A stretch of DNA of 64,000 bases from the human T2T-CHM13v2.0 reference genome, Homo sapiens: the NCBI RefSeq assembly GCF_009914755.1, contig NC_060934.1; one strand, given 5' to 3'. The notes below the pieces were generated by a model. It was not told where the DNA came from, ran no database searches, and was given only the letters and a program-made list of their open reading frames with translations. The translations under genes and the position numbers were made by a program. Shown piece after piece: positions 61,901 through 64,000 of the stretch (position 1 is the first letter of the stretch; every line of letters starts with the position of its first letter).

Positions 61901-64000
61901 CATTCCATTCCGTTCCATTCCATGCCATTCCATTCTAGTAAATTCCATTCCATTCCGTTCTATCCGATTCCATTAATTCCAAACAATTTGATGCCATTCC
62001 ATTCGATTCTGTTCCATTTGATTCCATTCCATTCCATTCCATTCCGTCCGATTCCATTCCATTCTATTCCTTTACAATATGTTCCTTTCCATTCTATTCG
62101 TTTCCATTCCATTATAGTCCATTCCACTGCAGTCCAATCCGTTCGATTCCATTTGATTCGACTCCATTCCTTTCGAGACCATTCAGTTCGATTCCTTTGC
62201 ATTACATTCCATTCCTTTCCATTTGATGAAATTCCATTTGATTCTATTCCATGTCACTCCATTCCATTCCATTCCGTTCCATCCAATTCCAGTCCATTCA
62301 ATTCCATTCCATTCCAATCCATTCCATTCCATTCCATTGGTTTCCATTCCATTCAAGTCCATTCCACTCCGTTCCACTCCACTCGATTCCATTCCTTTCA
62401 ACTCCATTGTGTTCGAGTTCTTTCCATTCCATTCCATCCCTTTCTGTTCCGTTTGATTCCAATCCATTCCATTCCATTTTGTTCCAGTCAATTCCATTCG
62501 AGTCCATGCCATTCGATTCCATTTTATTCAATTCCATTCCATTCGATTCCATTAGACTCGATTCCACTCCATTCCATTCCATTGCATTCCATTCTATTCC
62601 ATTCCATTGCATTCCATTCCTATCCATTTGGTTATATTCCATTCAATTCCATTCCATTCGAATCAATTACTTTGCAATCCATTACATTCGAGTCTGTTCT
62701 ATTCCATTCCATTCCATTCCAATCCATTCTATTCGATTCCATTCCATTCGATTCCATTCCATACTATTGCATTCCAATCCATTCCATTCGATTGGAATAA
62801 ATTCCTTTCGAGACCATTCCTTTCGAGTCCATTCCATTTGATTCTGTTCCTTTTGAGTCCATTATATTTGGGTCCATTCTATTCCTTTCATTTCCATTCC
62901 ATTCTATGCCGTTCCATTCAATTCTATTCCATTTGTGTCCATTCCATTCGAGACCATTCCGTTCCATTCCATTCCATTCCATTCGATGCCATTCCATTCG
63001 GCTCTATTCCATTCAACTCAATTCCATTCCATTCCATTCCATCAGATTCCATTCCATTGTATTCATTCCGTTCCATTCAATTCCATTCCATTCATTTCCA
63101 TTCCATTTGAGTCCATTCCATTCCAGTCAATTCCTTTTGAGTCCATTACAAGTCATTCCAATTGACATCTTTCCATTATATTCCCTTCAATTCTATTCCT
63201 TTCAATTCCGTTCCATTCGATTCCATTGCATTCGACTCCATTCCATTCAAGTCCAGTCCATTCTGTTCCGTTACTTCCATTCTGTTCGATTCAAAATCGT
63301 TTGATTCCATTTTGTTCCAGTCCATTCCATTCGAGTCCATTCCATTCGAGTCCATTCCATTGAAGTCCATTCCATTCGATTCCATTCCATTTGATTCCAT
63401 TCCATTCGATTCCATTCCACTTGATTCCACTCCGTTCCTTTCTATTGCATTCCATTCTATTCCATTCCTTTGCATTCCATTCCATTACATACTATTGCAT
63501 TCCATTGGATTCCATTTTATTCGAATAAATACAATTCGAGACCATTCCTTTTGAGTTCATTATTGTTGAGTCCATTCCGTTCAAGTCCGTTTCATTTGGG
63601 TCCATGCCATTCCATTCCATACCATTCCATTCGATGCCATTCCATTCCATTCTTTTCCATTCGAGTCCATTGCGTTCCATTCCATTCCATTCCATTCCGT
63701 TCCATACCATTTGATGCCATTCCATTCGACTCTATTCCATTCGACTCCATTCCTTTCCATCGCATTCCATCCGATTCCATTCCATTCAAATCAATTACAT
63801 TGCAATCCACTACATTCAAATCCGTTCCATTCCATTCCATTCCATTCCAGTTCATTTCATTCAATTTCATTCCATTCGATTCCATTCCATACTATTTATT
63901 CTATTTGATTCCATTCTATTCAAATAAATTCCATTCGAGACCCTTCCTTTCGAGTCCATTCTATTTGGGTCCATTCCATTTGAGTCCATTACATTTGGAT

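Larger units (their letters stand above)
31921..64000 (+). repeat. Human satellite 3 (HSat3/SatIII) array, diverged (CATTC)n, C-rich strand on +, continues past the window end
   Basis: 32 kb of CATTC pentamers with GAGTC, GATTC and TATTC variants; one orientation throughout; no transposon insertion seen. It lacks the regular GATGAT-containing unit of HSat2 and a recurring CAACCCGAGT decamer. Confidence 0.97.

Noticed and set aside
31913-63908. Hundreds of ORFs up to 530 aa (IPFHS- and MEWNG-repeat peptides)
   Set aside because: Direct translations of (CATTC)n/(GAATG)n, which has no stop codon in the pure repeat; they occur in all frames and show no gene structure.
31921-64000. CRISPR-like array, or HSat2/DYZ1 identity
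   Set aside because: No unique spacers or cas genes and the DNA is primate. The HSat2 GATGAT unit is not regular here and I see no homogeneous 3.5-kb period. The exact HSat3 subfamily and chromosome cannot be assigned by eye.

Overview
Primate (very likely human or great ape) pericentromeric or acrocentric-type DNA with two halves. Bases ~1-31,920 are an AT-rich, repeat-dense segment that looks like a segmental-duplication mosaic. It holds many Alus (J, S, Y, including Yd- and Ye-type copies with clean TSDs), L1PA/L1M fragments, L2, MER2 and MaLR LTR pieces. It also holds two orphan, unprocessed gene fragments. One is a frameshifted TRIM43-like RING/B-box exon (- strand, 10579-10982) with DUX4-like motifs upstream. 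The other is an in-frame 102-nt NAALAD2 exon (+ strand, 31494-31595) that the ORF track misses and whose splice donor is dead. At ~31,921 the sequence switches abruptly, at what looks like an Alu-tail remnant, into a single-orientation, diverged human satellite 3 (CATTC)n array that runs to the window end. The array is not random pentamer: rare motifs recur in a fixed order about every 0.8-1.2 kb, and younger tandem duplications sit on top (140 bp x2, 121 bp x3, ~922 bp x4). No intact protein-coding gene is present, and the ORFs after 31.9 kb are satellite artefacts. I cannot demonstrate a new biological system. The best lead is a possible DUX4-responsive TRIM43-like pseudo-promoter next to a satellite array dense in TEAD motifs; this is inference. 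Family assignments are from recalled consensus sequences, not from searches.
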